The notes under the pieces are model-generated. The model was not told the DNA's origin. It did no database searches and was given only the letters and a program-made list of their open reading frames with translations. Below are positions 1-8,439 of a stretch of DNA of 64,000 bases, piece after piece. This stretch comes from Mycobacteriales bacterium (lineage in GTDB: Bacteria > Actinomycetota > Actinomycetes > JAFAQI01), in NCBI GenBank assembly GCA_035690365.1, contig DASSKP010000034.1, forward strand, positions 9,209 to 73,208, in the 5' to 3' direction. The translations under genes were made by a program, and so were the position numbers. Numbering within the stretch: position 1 is the stretch's first letter; each line of letters begins with the position of its first letter.

Positions 1-968
1 TGGTCGGCGACCGGGTGCACCTGCGCTGGCAGTTCGGCCGGCCGCGGGTCGTCCTGCTCGGTCACCTCGACACGGTGTGGCCGCTCGGCACCCTCGCACG
101 CTGGCCGTTCGAACGCGAGGGCGACCGTCTGAGCGGTCCCGGTGTGTTCGACATGAAGGGCGGTCTCGTCCAGCTCTTCGCTGCTCTGCAGTCGCTGCAG
201 TCAGGGCAGCCGTCGCGCGACGACCTCGACGGCATCGCGATCCTCGTCACCAGCGACGAGGAGATCGGCTCGCAGTCGTCGCAGCAGCTGATCGAGGAGA
301 CCTGTCGCGACGCACGTGCCGTGCTGGTGCTGGAGCCGAGCCTGAACGCCGCACTGAAGATCGCGCGCAAGGGCGTCGCGATGTACCGCATCGAGATCGT
401 CGGCCGGGCCGCGCACGCCGGCCTCGAGCCGGAGTCCGGGGTCAACGCGACCGTCGAAGCCGCGCACCAGGTGCTCACCATCGCCGGTCTCGCGCGTCCG
501 GAGATCGGCACGACGGTGACGCCGACCGTCATCCAGGGCGGCTCGACGGTCAACACCGTGCCGGCCGCCGCCACCCTCGCTGTCGACGTACGGGCGGAGA
601 CGTCGGCCGAGCTGAAGCGGGTTGAGGACGAGCTCGTGTCGCTCGTCGTGCGGCTGCCCGGTGCGTCGGTGAAGGCAGCCGCCGAGTCGGTCCGCCAACC
701 GCTGGAGCGCGGTGCGTCTGCCGAGCTGTTCGCGCGGGCGCAGCGTCATGCGGTCGCGCTCGGGCTGCCGGTGCTCGACGGTGTCGCCGTCGGCGGTGGG
801 TCGGACGGCAACCTGACGGCGGCGCTCGGCGTGCCGACGCTCGACGGTCTCGGCGCGGTCGGCGGCAACGCGCACGCCGAAGGAGAGTGGGCGTCAGCAA
901 CTGCGCTCGCCGAACGAACAGGACTCGTCGCGGCGCTGGTCCGCGAGCTGCTCGAGGAGACGAGATGA
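1..968 (+). CDS. M20 family metallopeptidase (carboxypeptidase G2-like); 5' end lies outside the window
   Basis: The frame is open from the window edge to TGA 966-968. Motifs LLGHLDTVWP, FDMKGG, TSDEEIGS and GGSDGN are typical of M20 dimetal peptidases. GC3 is high. Confidence 0.85.
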   Translation, partial: VGDRVHLRWQFGRPRVVLLGHLDTVWPLGTLARWPFEREGDRLSGPGVFDMKGGLVQLFAALQSLQSGQPSRDDLDGIAILVTSDEEIGSQSSQQLIEETCRDARAVLVLEPSLNAALKIARKGVAMYRIEIVGRAAHAGLEPESGVNATVEAAHQVLTIAGLARPEIGTTVTPTVIQGGSTVNTVPAAATLAVDVRAETSAELKRVEDELVSLVVRLPGASVKAAAESVRQPLERGASAELFARAQRHAVALGLPVLDGVAVGGGSDGNLTAALGVPTLDGLGAVGGNAHAEGEWASATALAERTGLVAALVRELLEETR

Positions 969-1396
969 CGGACGTGACGGCTGCGATGTCCGAGCCCGAC
1001 CTGCTGGGTTCGCCGCGGCGCCGCGGGTTGCTCCGCCGCGGCCGCGGCCGCGGCGCGGGCGCTTTCGACTCGGGCCTCGACATCGGCCGGCGCCGCACCT
1101 GGCTGCAGGCGCTCGCCGACCCGGCGTCGCTCGTCCCGACCTATCTCGGAGTGGCGATCACGCTGCTCGGCTTCGCGCTGATCGGCTACGCCTGGGTGAA
1201 GGTCGCAGCGCTCGTCGACGTGTGGCGGCAGATGCCGTACGTCGTCTCCGCCGGCTTGCCCGGCCTCGGCCTCGTCATGACCGGTCTCGTCGTCATCAAC
1301 GTCAGCGCTCGTCGCCAGGACGGCGCGGCCCGCTCGCGTCAGATGGCGACGCTCGCGGAGGCGCTGCACGACCTGCAGAGCTCGATCGACCAGTGA
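965..1396 (+). CDS. small membrane protein with two predicted TM helices, unknown function
   Basis: ATG 965 overlaps the upstream stop (ATGA). The track N-extension from 887 is Arg-rich and unlikely. Hydrophobic segments LGVAITLLGFALIGYAWV and VVSAGLPGLGLVMTGLVVI are followed by RRQD. Confidence 0.7.
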   Translation: MTDVTAAMSEPDLLGSPRRRGLLRRGRGRGAGAFDSGLDIGRRRTWLQALADPASLVPTYLGVAITLLGFALIGYAWVKVAALVDVWRQMPYVVSAGLPGLGLVMTGLVVINVSARRQDGAARSRQMATLAEALHDLQSSIDQ

Positions 1397-1788
1397 TCAC
1401 GCCCGCGTCGCCGACTCCGCCCATCGGTCCGGCGCCCACAGACCCGACCAGGCGCGTCACCGTCACCGTGCCGGCGTGGTTCGCCGCGTTGCGCGACCCC
1501 GGCGTGCAGGTCATCGGTGTGTTGGTGACGCTGGCCGTTGCCGCGTTCGGCCTGCTCGCGTGGGGTTGGCGAGGAGTCGCCCGGACGCCGTACGTGCCGT
1601 TCCAGCTGCCCTGGCTCGTCTCGGCGAGCGTTGCCGGCATCGGCCTGCTGGGGTTCGCGCTCGGCGCGTGGAGCATTCACCTGGGTCGCCGGCAGGATGC
1701 GGCGCACCGCGCCTTCACCGAGCAGCTGGTGCGCGACGCCGCCGAGCTCGCCGACCGCGCCGCCCGCACCGGGGCACTCAACAGCTAG
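1393..1788 (+). CDS. small membrane protein, paralog of the preceding gene
   Basis: GTG 1393 overlaps the upstream stop (GTGA). The architecture matches the preceding gene: two TM helices (VIGVLVTLAVAAFGLLAWGW and LVSASVAGIGLLGFALGAW), then RRQD and a helical tail. Confidence 0.65.
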   Translation: MITPASPTPPIGPAPTDPTRRVTVTVPAWFAALRDPGVQVIGVLVTLAVAAFGLLAWGWRGVARTPYVPFQLPWLVSASVAGIGLLGFALGAWSIHLGRRQDAAHRAFTEQLVRDAAELADRAARTGALNS

Positions 1789-2825
1789 AGAGCTGAGCGG
1801 AAGACGCGGAGCCAGTTGTCGCCGAGCACCTTGCGGATGTCGCGCTCGGGCCAGCCGCGGCGCACCATCTCCTCGGTCACGAGCGGCAGCCCGGCCGGAC
1901 CGTCGAGCCCGGGGATGACGCGCGTGCCATCGATGCCCTCGAAGTCGACCGGGATAGCCGGCGGCGTCAGCTGCTCGAACACCTCTTTGACGAAGTCCGG
2001 GCCGAGGCCGACGTGGTCGATGCCCGCGACGCCGGCGATGTGCTCGATGTGGTCGACCAGCCGCGCCATCGTCGGGTTGTCGGGGTCGATGAAGCCGTAG
2101 AAGAAGTTCACGCCGACGACACCACCGGTCGACGCGATGCCCTTCACCCGCTCGTCGGTGAGGTTGCGGTGGTGCTCGCAGAGTGCGTACGCCGACGAGT
2201 GGCTCGCGACCACCGGCCGGCTCGCCAGCGACAGCACGTGGTCGGTGCCGGCAGCCGACAGGTGCGAGACGTCGACGAGGACCGACAGCTCCTCGAGGAG
2301 ATGGAACGCCGCGACGCCGGCAGCCGTCAGGCGGCTGCCCGCGGCCTCTTCGGCCGAGCCGTCGGCCAGCCCGGTCCGGCCGAAGTGCGTGAACGACACC
2401 ATCCGCACGCCGAGCCGGGCGAAGGTTCGCAGCAGCTCGACGTCGGTGCCGACCGCCTCGCAGCCCTCCAGCGCCAGGACGAGTGCGATCCGGCCGGTCG
2501 CGAGCGCCTCGTCGATCTCGGCGCCGGTGCGGCACAGCGACACGATGTCGGCCGCCTCGTCCGCGACGCGATGCGCGCACTCGATCATCCGCAGCGTCTG
2601 CCGCAACGCACCCTCGGGGCGGAAGTCGTCGTCGATGAAGACCGGCAGCACCTGCACCTTGACCCCGCCCGCCTGCAGCTGGGGAAGCCAGTGCCGACGG
2701 AAGTACGACGCCTGATCGGCGGCCGGGCGGCGGCTGACGAGCATCAGCAGGTCGTTATGGGTGTCGACGACGGTCGCCGATGCGTGCAGCTCGGCCGCCG
2801 CGGGATCCACGGTCACGCCGGACAT
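1785..2825 (-). CDS. membrane (renal-type) dipeptidase, peptidase family M19
   Basis: VVDTHNDLL near the N-terminus, plus SFTHFG, VDVSH and GLGPDF. I chose ATG 2825 (MSGVTV...); the track extension to 2924 is Arg-rich. Confidence 0.85.
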   Translation of the reverse strand: MSGVTVDPAAAELHASATVVDTHNDLLMLVSRRPAADQASYFRRHWLPQLQAGGVKVQVLPVFIDDDFRPEGALRQTLRMIECAHRVADEAADIVSLCRTGAEIDEALATGRIALVLALEGCEAVGTDVELLRTFARLGVRMVSFTHFGRTGLADGSAEEAAGSRLTAAGVAAFHLLEELSVLVDVSHLSAAGTDHVLSLASRPVVASHSSAYALCEHHRNLTDERVKGIASTGGVVGVNFFYGFIDPDNPTMARLVDHIEHIAGVAGIDHVGLGPDFVKEVFEQLTPPAIPVDFEGIDGTRVIPGLDGPAGLPLVTEEMVRRGWPERDIRKVLGDNWLRVFRSAL

Positions 2826-3039
2826 CGTCGCATCAGCCCGGACCCGCGACGGTCGTCCGCGATGACAAACGCGCCGGTCGGGGTTGTGACGCCCGCACCA
2901 TGCCCCGAGGCGCCGCCGGGCCACAGACTCGAAGGCGCTACGCGACCGGGGTCCGGCACGTGGTCGTGAACGGCAGGGTCGCCGTCGCCGACGGCGAACT
3001 CACCAAGGAGACGCCGGGGCGCAGGCTGCGCCGCGGCAA

Positions 3040-4452
3040 GTGAAAGGACGCCCCGTGGACGCCGAGGCACTGCAGCAGAAGCTCACCGAGCTCGCGACCG
3101 AGCTCGGGGTCGTCGGCGTCGCCGCGGGCGTGCTCATCGACGGTGAGGAGCACTACGCCTTCCACGGTGTGACCAGCGTCGACAACCCGCTGGACGTCGA
3201 CGAGAACACGCTGTTCCAGTTCGGCTCGACCGGCAAGACCTACACGGCGACGGCGATGATGCGCCTCGTCGAGCAGGGCAAGGTCGACCTCGACGCGCCG
3301 GTGAAGACCTACCTTCCGGAGTTCTCGCTTCGCGACAAGGACGTCGAGGCGAAGGTCACCGTCCTGCAGCTCTTCAACCACACCGCTGGTTGGGAGGGCG
3401 ACATGATGGACAACACCGGAGACGGTGACGACGCCCTCGAGAAGTACGTCGCTCGCATGGAGCGGCTCCAGCAGGTGTCGCCGCTCGGCACGACCGTCTC
3501 CTACAACAACGCGTCGCTGTCCGTCGCCGGGCTCATCATCGCGCGCATCAACGGAACGACCTACGAGCAGGCGATCCGCGACCTTCTGCTCGAGCCGCTC
3601 GGCATGACCGACACGTGGTTCTTCCCCAACGACATCATGACCCGGCGCTTCGCCGTCGGCCATCAGAAGCACGACGACGGCCGCGTCACGATCGCGCGGC
3701 CGTGGGCGCTGCCGCGGGGCAACTCGCCGGCCGGTGGCATCTCGGCGAACGCGCGCGACCAGCTGGGCTGGGCGAAGTTCCACCTCGGCGACGGCACGGC
3801 GCCGGACGGCACGCAACTGTTGTCCGAGGAGCTGCTGCGCAGGATGCAGGAGCCGACGTTCGAGATGCGCGGCAGCGCACTCGGCGACTACGTCGGCATC
3901 AGCTGGCTGCTGCGCGAGATCGACGGCGTCCGTGTCGTCGGTCACGGCGGCACGACCAACGGGCAGTACAGCGAGTTCACGATGGTGCCGGAGCGCGGCT
4001 TCGCCCTCATCTCGATGACCAACTCCGGACCGAACGGCTCGGAGCTCAACACGCAGCTGGAGAAGTGGGCGTTCGACCACTACCTGGGCCTCAACGACGT
4101 CGAGCCGGAGCAGCTCGTTCTCGGTGACGAGGCCTTGCAGCACTACGTCGGCCGCTACGAGACGATCGCCGCGGTCGCTGACATCACCGCTGAGGCGGGT
4201 CGTCTCGTCGTGAAGGTCGAGATGAAGCCGGAGATGCGCGCGGTCCTGCGCGAGCAGGGCGAGGATGTCGACGAGGAGCAGCCGGCGATCCCTCTCGCGC
4301 TGCTCGCCGGTGACGGTGACCAGTACGTCGTCCCCGATGGCCCGGCCAAGGGGATGCGCGGTTACTTCTCGCGCGACGCCGACGGTCGCGTGGACGGCGT
4401 ACACCTCGGAGGCCGGCTCGCGACCCGGGTGAATGACACGGTGCCTGCGTGA
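3040..4452 (+). CDS. serine hydrolase, beta-lactamase/D-aminopeptidase-like (peptidase S12)
   Basis: SxxK motif FGSTGKTYTA and a YxN-like YNNAS, with a long C-terminal lipocalin-like extension. The start could be GTG 3040 or GTG 3055. Confidence 0.85.
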   Translation: MKGRPVDAEALQQKLTELATELGVVGVAAGVLIDGEEHYAFHGVTSVDNPLDVDENTLFQFGSTGKTYTATAMMRLVEQGKVDLDAPVKTYLPEFSLRDKDVEAKVTVLQLFNHTAGWEGDMMDNTGDGDDALEKYVARMERLQQVSPLGTTVSYNNASLSVAGLIIARINGTTYEQAIRDLLLEPLGMTDTWFFPNDIMTRRFAVGHQKHDDGRVTIARPWALPRGNSPAGGISANARDQLGWAKFHLGDGTAPDGTQLLSEELLRRMQEPTFEMRGSALGDYVGISWLLREIDGVRVVGHGGTTNGQYSEFTMVPERGFALISMTNSGPNGSELNTQLEKWAFDHYLGLNDVEPEQLVLGDEALQHYVGRYETIAAVADITAEAGRLVVKVEMKPEMRAVLREQGEDVDEEQPAIPLALLAGDGDQYVVPDGPAKGMRGYFSRDADGRVDGVHLGGRLATRVNDTVPA

Positions 4453-5876
4453 CGATCGTCGAGGGTCGGACGTCGCTCGATCTCGCGATCGAGCGACTCA
4501 CGGGGGAGCTCGACCGCTGGCACGTGCCGGGGCTGGAGCTCGCCGTCGTCCGTGACGGCGACGTGCTCTTCGCCGGCGGGTTGGGCGTGCGCGGCGTCGA
4601 TGATCCGACACCGGTCGGAGCGCGCACGCTGTTCCGGCACGGTTCGTGTGGCAAGGCCTACTCGTCACTGACCGCCGCGGTGCTGGCCGAGGAGGGCGTC
4701 CTCGACCTCGACGCGCCCGTGCGCCGTTATGTGCCGGAGCTGCGGCTGCCGGACATGACGATCGCCGACCGGATCACGACGCGCGACCTGCTCAGCCATC
4801 GCAGTGGCATCGGCCGGCACGACTTCGTCTGGATCGCCAACCCGGCGTGGAACGCCTCCGAGCTGCTCGCGCGGCTCGAGCACCTGCCGCTCGCGGGCGA
4901 CCTGCGGGCGCAGTTCGTCTACAGCAACCTCGGCTACGCCGTCGCCGGAATCGCCATGGGTCGCGCTGCTGCCGCCGAATGGAGCGACGTGCTGCATTCG
5001 CGTGTGCTCGAGCCGAGCGGCATGTCCCGGTCGTGGATCGACCTGCAGCGGACCGTCGACGACGCGGACCACGCGACGCCGCACGTCGAGCGCGACGGCA
5101 AGCCCGTCGTGACCGGCTGGCGGCCGATCTCCGGCGCGGCTCCTGCGGGTGCGGTCATGACGTGTGCAGACGACGCGGCGCGGTGGTTGCTGCTGCATAC
5201 CGGGGCCGACTACCTTCCCGCCAGTGCCGTCACGGCGACGCATGCGTTGCAGACGCCGACGCCCGCGGGGATGTCGCCGCTCACGGAGCTGCGGCTCCAC
5301 GGCTACGGCATGGGCTGGCTGGTCTCGACGTGGCGCGGCCGGCCGATGGTGTCGCACACCGGCGGCATCGACGGCTTCACGACGCACACTCTCGTCCTCA
5401 CCGACCAGCGGATCGGTGTGACGATCAGCGTCAACCAGCACCTGTCCAGCCTCGCGATGGCCGGCTGTCTCGACATCGCCGACGCGCTGCTCGGCGAGGC
5501 CGCCGAGACCTCGTGGTTCGAGGCGCTGCGTCCTGGCGAGTCGGTCGAGGCGCCTGCGCAGCGTCTGCCGGCGGAGCCGCTCGTCGCTCGACCGCCGGTG
5601 CACCCGTTGACGTCGTACGCCGGCGTGTTCACCAATCTCGGGTATGGGGACCTGCGCGTCACCGTGGCCGACGACGCGCTGTCGGTGCGGATCGGTGAGC
5701 TCGACCTCACGGCGAAGCACCGCCAGCTCGACACGTGGGACGCGCACTACGACGCGCTCGACGTCGACGTGCCGCTGGTGTTCGAGACCGGTGCCGACGG
5801 CGCAGTGCGCAAGGTCGTGGCCGAGTTCGACCCCGAGACGTCCGTGACCTACGTCCGCAGCGCCGGGGGAGAGTGA
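4449..5876 (+). CDS. serine hydrolase, beta-lactamase-like (peptidase S12)
   Basis: GTG 4449 overlaps the upstream stop (GTGA). SxxK motif HGSCGKAYSS, YSN motif (VYSNLGY) and HTGG. Confidence 0.85.
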   Translation: MTIVEGRTSLDLAIERLTGELDRWHVPGLELAVVRDGDVLFAGGLGVRGVDDPTPVGARTLFRHGSCGKAYSSLTAAVLAEEGVLDLDAPVRRYVPELRLPDMTIADRITTRDLLSHRSGIGRHDFVWIANPAWNASELLARLEHLPLAGDLRAQFVYSNLGYAVAGIAMGRAAAAEWSDVLHSRVLEPSGMSRSWIDLQRTVDDADHATPHVERDGKPVVTGWRPISGAAPAGAVMTCADDAARWLLLHTGADYLPASAVTATHALQTPTPAGMSPLTELRLHGYGMGWLVSTWRGRPMVSHTGGIDGFTTHTLVLTDQRIGVTISVNQHLSSLAMAGCLDIADALLGEAAETSWFEALRPGESVEAPAQRLPAEPLVARPPVHPLTSYAGVFTNLGYGDLRVTVADDALSVRIGELDLTAKHRQLDTWDAHYDALDVDVPLVFETGADGAVRKVVAEFDPETSVTYVRSAGGE

Positions 5877-5878
5877 CG

Positions 5879-6724
5879 ATGCGCGTCTTCATCTCCGTGG
5901 ACATGGAGGGCGTCGCCGGCGTGGCGACGTTCGACCAGATCATCCGCGGCGGCAGTGGTTATCCGCGCGCCCAGGAGCTGATGACCGAGGAGGCCAACGC
6001 GGCGATCCGCGGCGCCTTCGCCGGTGGTGCGACCGACGTCCTGGTCAACGACAGCCACGGCACGATGGACAACCTCATCCACGAGCGGCTCGACCCGCGC
6101 GCGCGTCTGGTGTTCGGCGCGCCGCGGCCGTCGTGCATGGTGCAGGGTGTCACCGCCGGCGACGCGCTCGCCGTGTTCGTCGGCTACCACGCCGCTGCCG
6201 GCGCGGAGGGCGTGCTCGCACACACCTTCTCCTCCAACTTCACCGAGGTCCGGGTCAACGGTCAGCCGATGACCGAGGCCGAGGTCAACGGCCTGTACGT
6301 CGCCAGCGTCGGCGTGCCGGTCGGAGTGCTGACGGGCGACGACCAGATCTGCGCTGTCGCCGCGAAGGCATTTCCCGGCGTCACGACCGTCGAGGTGAAG
6401 CAGGCGCACGGGTTCTCGGCGACCGACACCTTGGCGCCCTCCGCCGCACGCGAGCGGATCGAGGACGGCGTACGGGCTGCGGTGGCCGGTGTGGGCGAAC
6501 TGCGCGCCCAGCCGCTGCCGGACCGGCTCGACCTCGAGATCGACTTCGCGCTGCCGTTGGCCGCCGACATCGCCGGTGGCGTGCCCGGGTCCGTGCGGCT
6601 CGGCGGACGGACGCTGCGGGCCGAGCCTCGCGACGTGCAGGAGCTCCTCGGGTTCGTCATGTCGTGGTACTACCTGGCGATGATCGCGGCGCAGCAGCAC
6701 GCGAGCCTCGCCGCCCGCCGCTAG
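5879..6724 (+). CDS. dppA: D-aminopeptidase DppA-type (peptidase M55)
   Basis: N-terminus MRVFISVDMEGVAGV is the hallmark of M55. A GGGGGAGAG RBS precedes ATG 5879. The track extension from 5735 is Arg-rich. Confidence 0.85.
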   Translation: MRVFISVDMEGVAGVATFDQIIRGGSGYPRAQELMTEEANAAIRGAFAGGATDVLVNDSHGTMDNLIHERLDPRARLVFGAPRPSCMVQGVTAGDALAVFVGYHAAAGAEGVLAHTFSSNFTEVRVNGQPMTEAEVNGLYVASVGVPVGVLTGDDQICAVAAKAFPGVTTVEVKQAHGFSATDTLAPSAARERIEDGVRAAVAGVGELRAQPLPDRLDLEIDFALPLAADIAGGVPGSVRLGGRTLRAEPRDVQELLGFVMSWYYLAMIAAQQHASLAARR

Positions 6725-8289
6725 GGGAGCGTGCGGCGCTGGCCGTAGTAATGCAGACACTGGCAGTCGGCGAAGTACTTCCAGTAGTAGTACCTCGACG
6801 GGGCGTCGTGCCGGCCGGGACCGAGGAACTCACCCAGGCTGCCGCCGTCCGGCACGTTGCTGCCGACGCGGTCGATCGCGCTCAGGAACGTCGACAGGTT
6901 GAGCGGGTTCGGCGTGGTGTCGGCGGCGCGCTTGAGCAGGTAGAGCTGGGCGCAGTAGCCCAGGCCGACCGACTCGGCGTTGGTGTCCGAGTAGGTGATG
7001 CCGTGCGCCTTCATCACCGCGAGGCAGCGTCGACGGTCGTCGTTGGAGTAGGGCCCGTTGTCGGTGTTGCGGTCGGCGGTGAGGTCGAGGCTCGGGATCC
7101 AGCCGTAGCCCACGGCGCCGATCGCCTGGTCCTTCTGTACGTCGCCTGAGTTGATCAGGACCTCGGTGCCGCTGCTGCTGTTGACGCCATAGCGCGGGTG
7201 GTAGTGCTGCGACTCCGCCTGGTTCATGAAGAACAGGCTGAGGCCGCCGTTGCCCTCGAACATGATGACGTGGTCCACGCCGTCCGAGGCGAACTTCAGC
7301 TGCGCGGACTGTACGGATGCGGCCTGGTTGCCGTAGTCGGATGCAGTGGTGACCTGACCGATCTTCTGCACCTCGGGCGTGAAGCCGAGCCGCTTCAGGC
7401 CCGGGACGAGGATGTTGTCGACGGCTGTGCCGAAGGCCTGGTCGTCGTACGTCACGATGCCGACCTTGGCCTTCTGGCTGCGCGGCTGGCCGAGCGTCGG
7501 GTCCCAGCCGGAGAAGTAGCTCTGGTCCGCAAGCGCGGTGACCATCGTCGCCGCGAGCCGACCGAGGCGCGGGTAGCCCAGCTCGATGTAGTTGGGGTAC
7601 GCCGCGAACTCCGCGTCGCTCGCGTCGGGAAGGTTGGCGCTGATCTGCGCGACGCCCGCCTTGTGCAGGCAGGCGCGGTAGTTGGCCGTGCCCATGTCAA
7701 AGGCAGCGAAGATCTTGTTGTCCTGGGTGAACTTGGCGCACGCCGCCGCCCACTGCGCGTCGACGGGCTGCGTCGACGTCGAGTCGAAGGCGTACCAGAT
7801 CGGGGAGAGCTTGCGGCCGGCGACACCGCCATGCTTGTTGATGTCGTCGATGACCGCGAGGGCGTCGCCGCGGGTGTCGCCGGTGGAGATGCCGTTGGCG
7901 CCGGCCGCCTGGTTCACCGCGTCGGCGTTGGTGCTGTAGACGATCCCGATGTAGATCTTCGTCGGGGTCACGCCTGGTCCGGAGAGGGCCGCGTTGGTGC
8001 CCGGCTGGGTGTAGCCGGTCGTTCCGGAGCTGCCGATGCTTCCGGTCGAGCCGCCCGGCGCGGTCGAGCCGCCGCTGACGCTGCTGCCGCCGGCGGCAGA
8101 GCCGCCCACGCCGGGCAATGTCGGGCCGCCGCCGCCGGCATTGAGGCTCGTGCTGCCCGGGACCGACAGGCTGCTGGTCGAGCCGATGCCGCTCGAGGCG
8201 TTGTTGGCGGCTGCACCGGAGACGGTGGTGCCGCAGCCGGCGCCCAGGGTCGCCAGCGCGAGAGCAGCTGCGAGCCGGGTCCGGACCAT
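6721..8289 (-). CDS. lipoprotein, type-I periplasmic-binding-fold (Leu/Ile/Val-binding-like) solute-binding protein
   Basis: GAGGAGG RBS and a lipobox signal (LATLGAGC). A Gly/Ser-rich linker of about 90 aa follows, then IYIGIVY...INKHGGVAGRKL, typical of LivK-like binding proteins. Confidence 0.8.
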   Translation of the reverse strand: MVRTRLAAALALATLGAGCGTTVSGAAANNASSGIGSTSSLSVPGSTSLNAGGGGPTLPGVGGSAAGGSSVSGGSTAPGGSTGSIGSSGTTGYTQPGTNAALSGPGVTPTKIYIGIVYSTNADAVNQAAGANGISTGDTRGDALAVIDDINKHGGVAGRKLSPIWYAFDSTSTQPVDAQWAAACAKFTQDNKIFAAFDMGTANYRACLHKAGVAQISANLPDASDAEFAAYPNYIELGYPRLGRLAATMVTALADQSYFSGWDPTLGQPRSQKAKVGIVTYDDQAFGTAVDNILVPGLKRLGFTPEVQKIGQVTTASDYGNQAASVQSAQLKFASDGVDHVIMFEGNGGLSLFFMNQAESQHYHPRYGVNSSSGTEVLINSGDVQKDQAIGAVGYGWIPSLDLTADRNTDNGPYSNDDRRRCLAVMKAHGITYSDTNAESVGLGYCAQLYLLKRAADTTPNPLNLSTFLSAIDRVGSNVPDGGSLGEFLGPGRHDAPSRYYYWKYFADCQCLHYYGQRRTLP

Positions 8290-8426
8290 GAATCCTCCTC
8301 ATGCGGCGGACGCCCGCCCCCCGGTTGATTCTCTGGACCAGGGCGGTCACCTGCCTCGTCGTGCGCGCTGAAGGGTGCGGGTCGGAGTTGTCCCGGCGGA
8401 CAGATCCCGCTGTCGGCGGGCGGGCG

Positions 8427-8432
8427 TAGCGT
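8427..8432 (+). promoter_or_regulatory. candidate -10 box (TAGCGT) giving a leaderless transcript for the 8440 gene
   Basis: TANNNT hexamer 7 nt upstream of ATG 8440, with no Shine-Dalgarno sequence in between. Confidence 0.3.
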
Positions 8433-8439
8433 CGCGCCC

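Noticed and set aside
5735-5878. Track start at 5735 for the DppA-like ORF.
   Set aside because: The extension overlaps the preceding S12 gene and is Arg-rich. MRVFISVDMEGVAGV at 5879, with a strong RBS, matches the family N-terminus.
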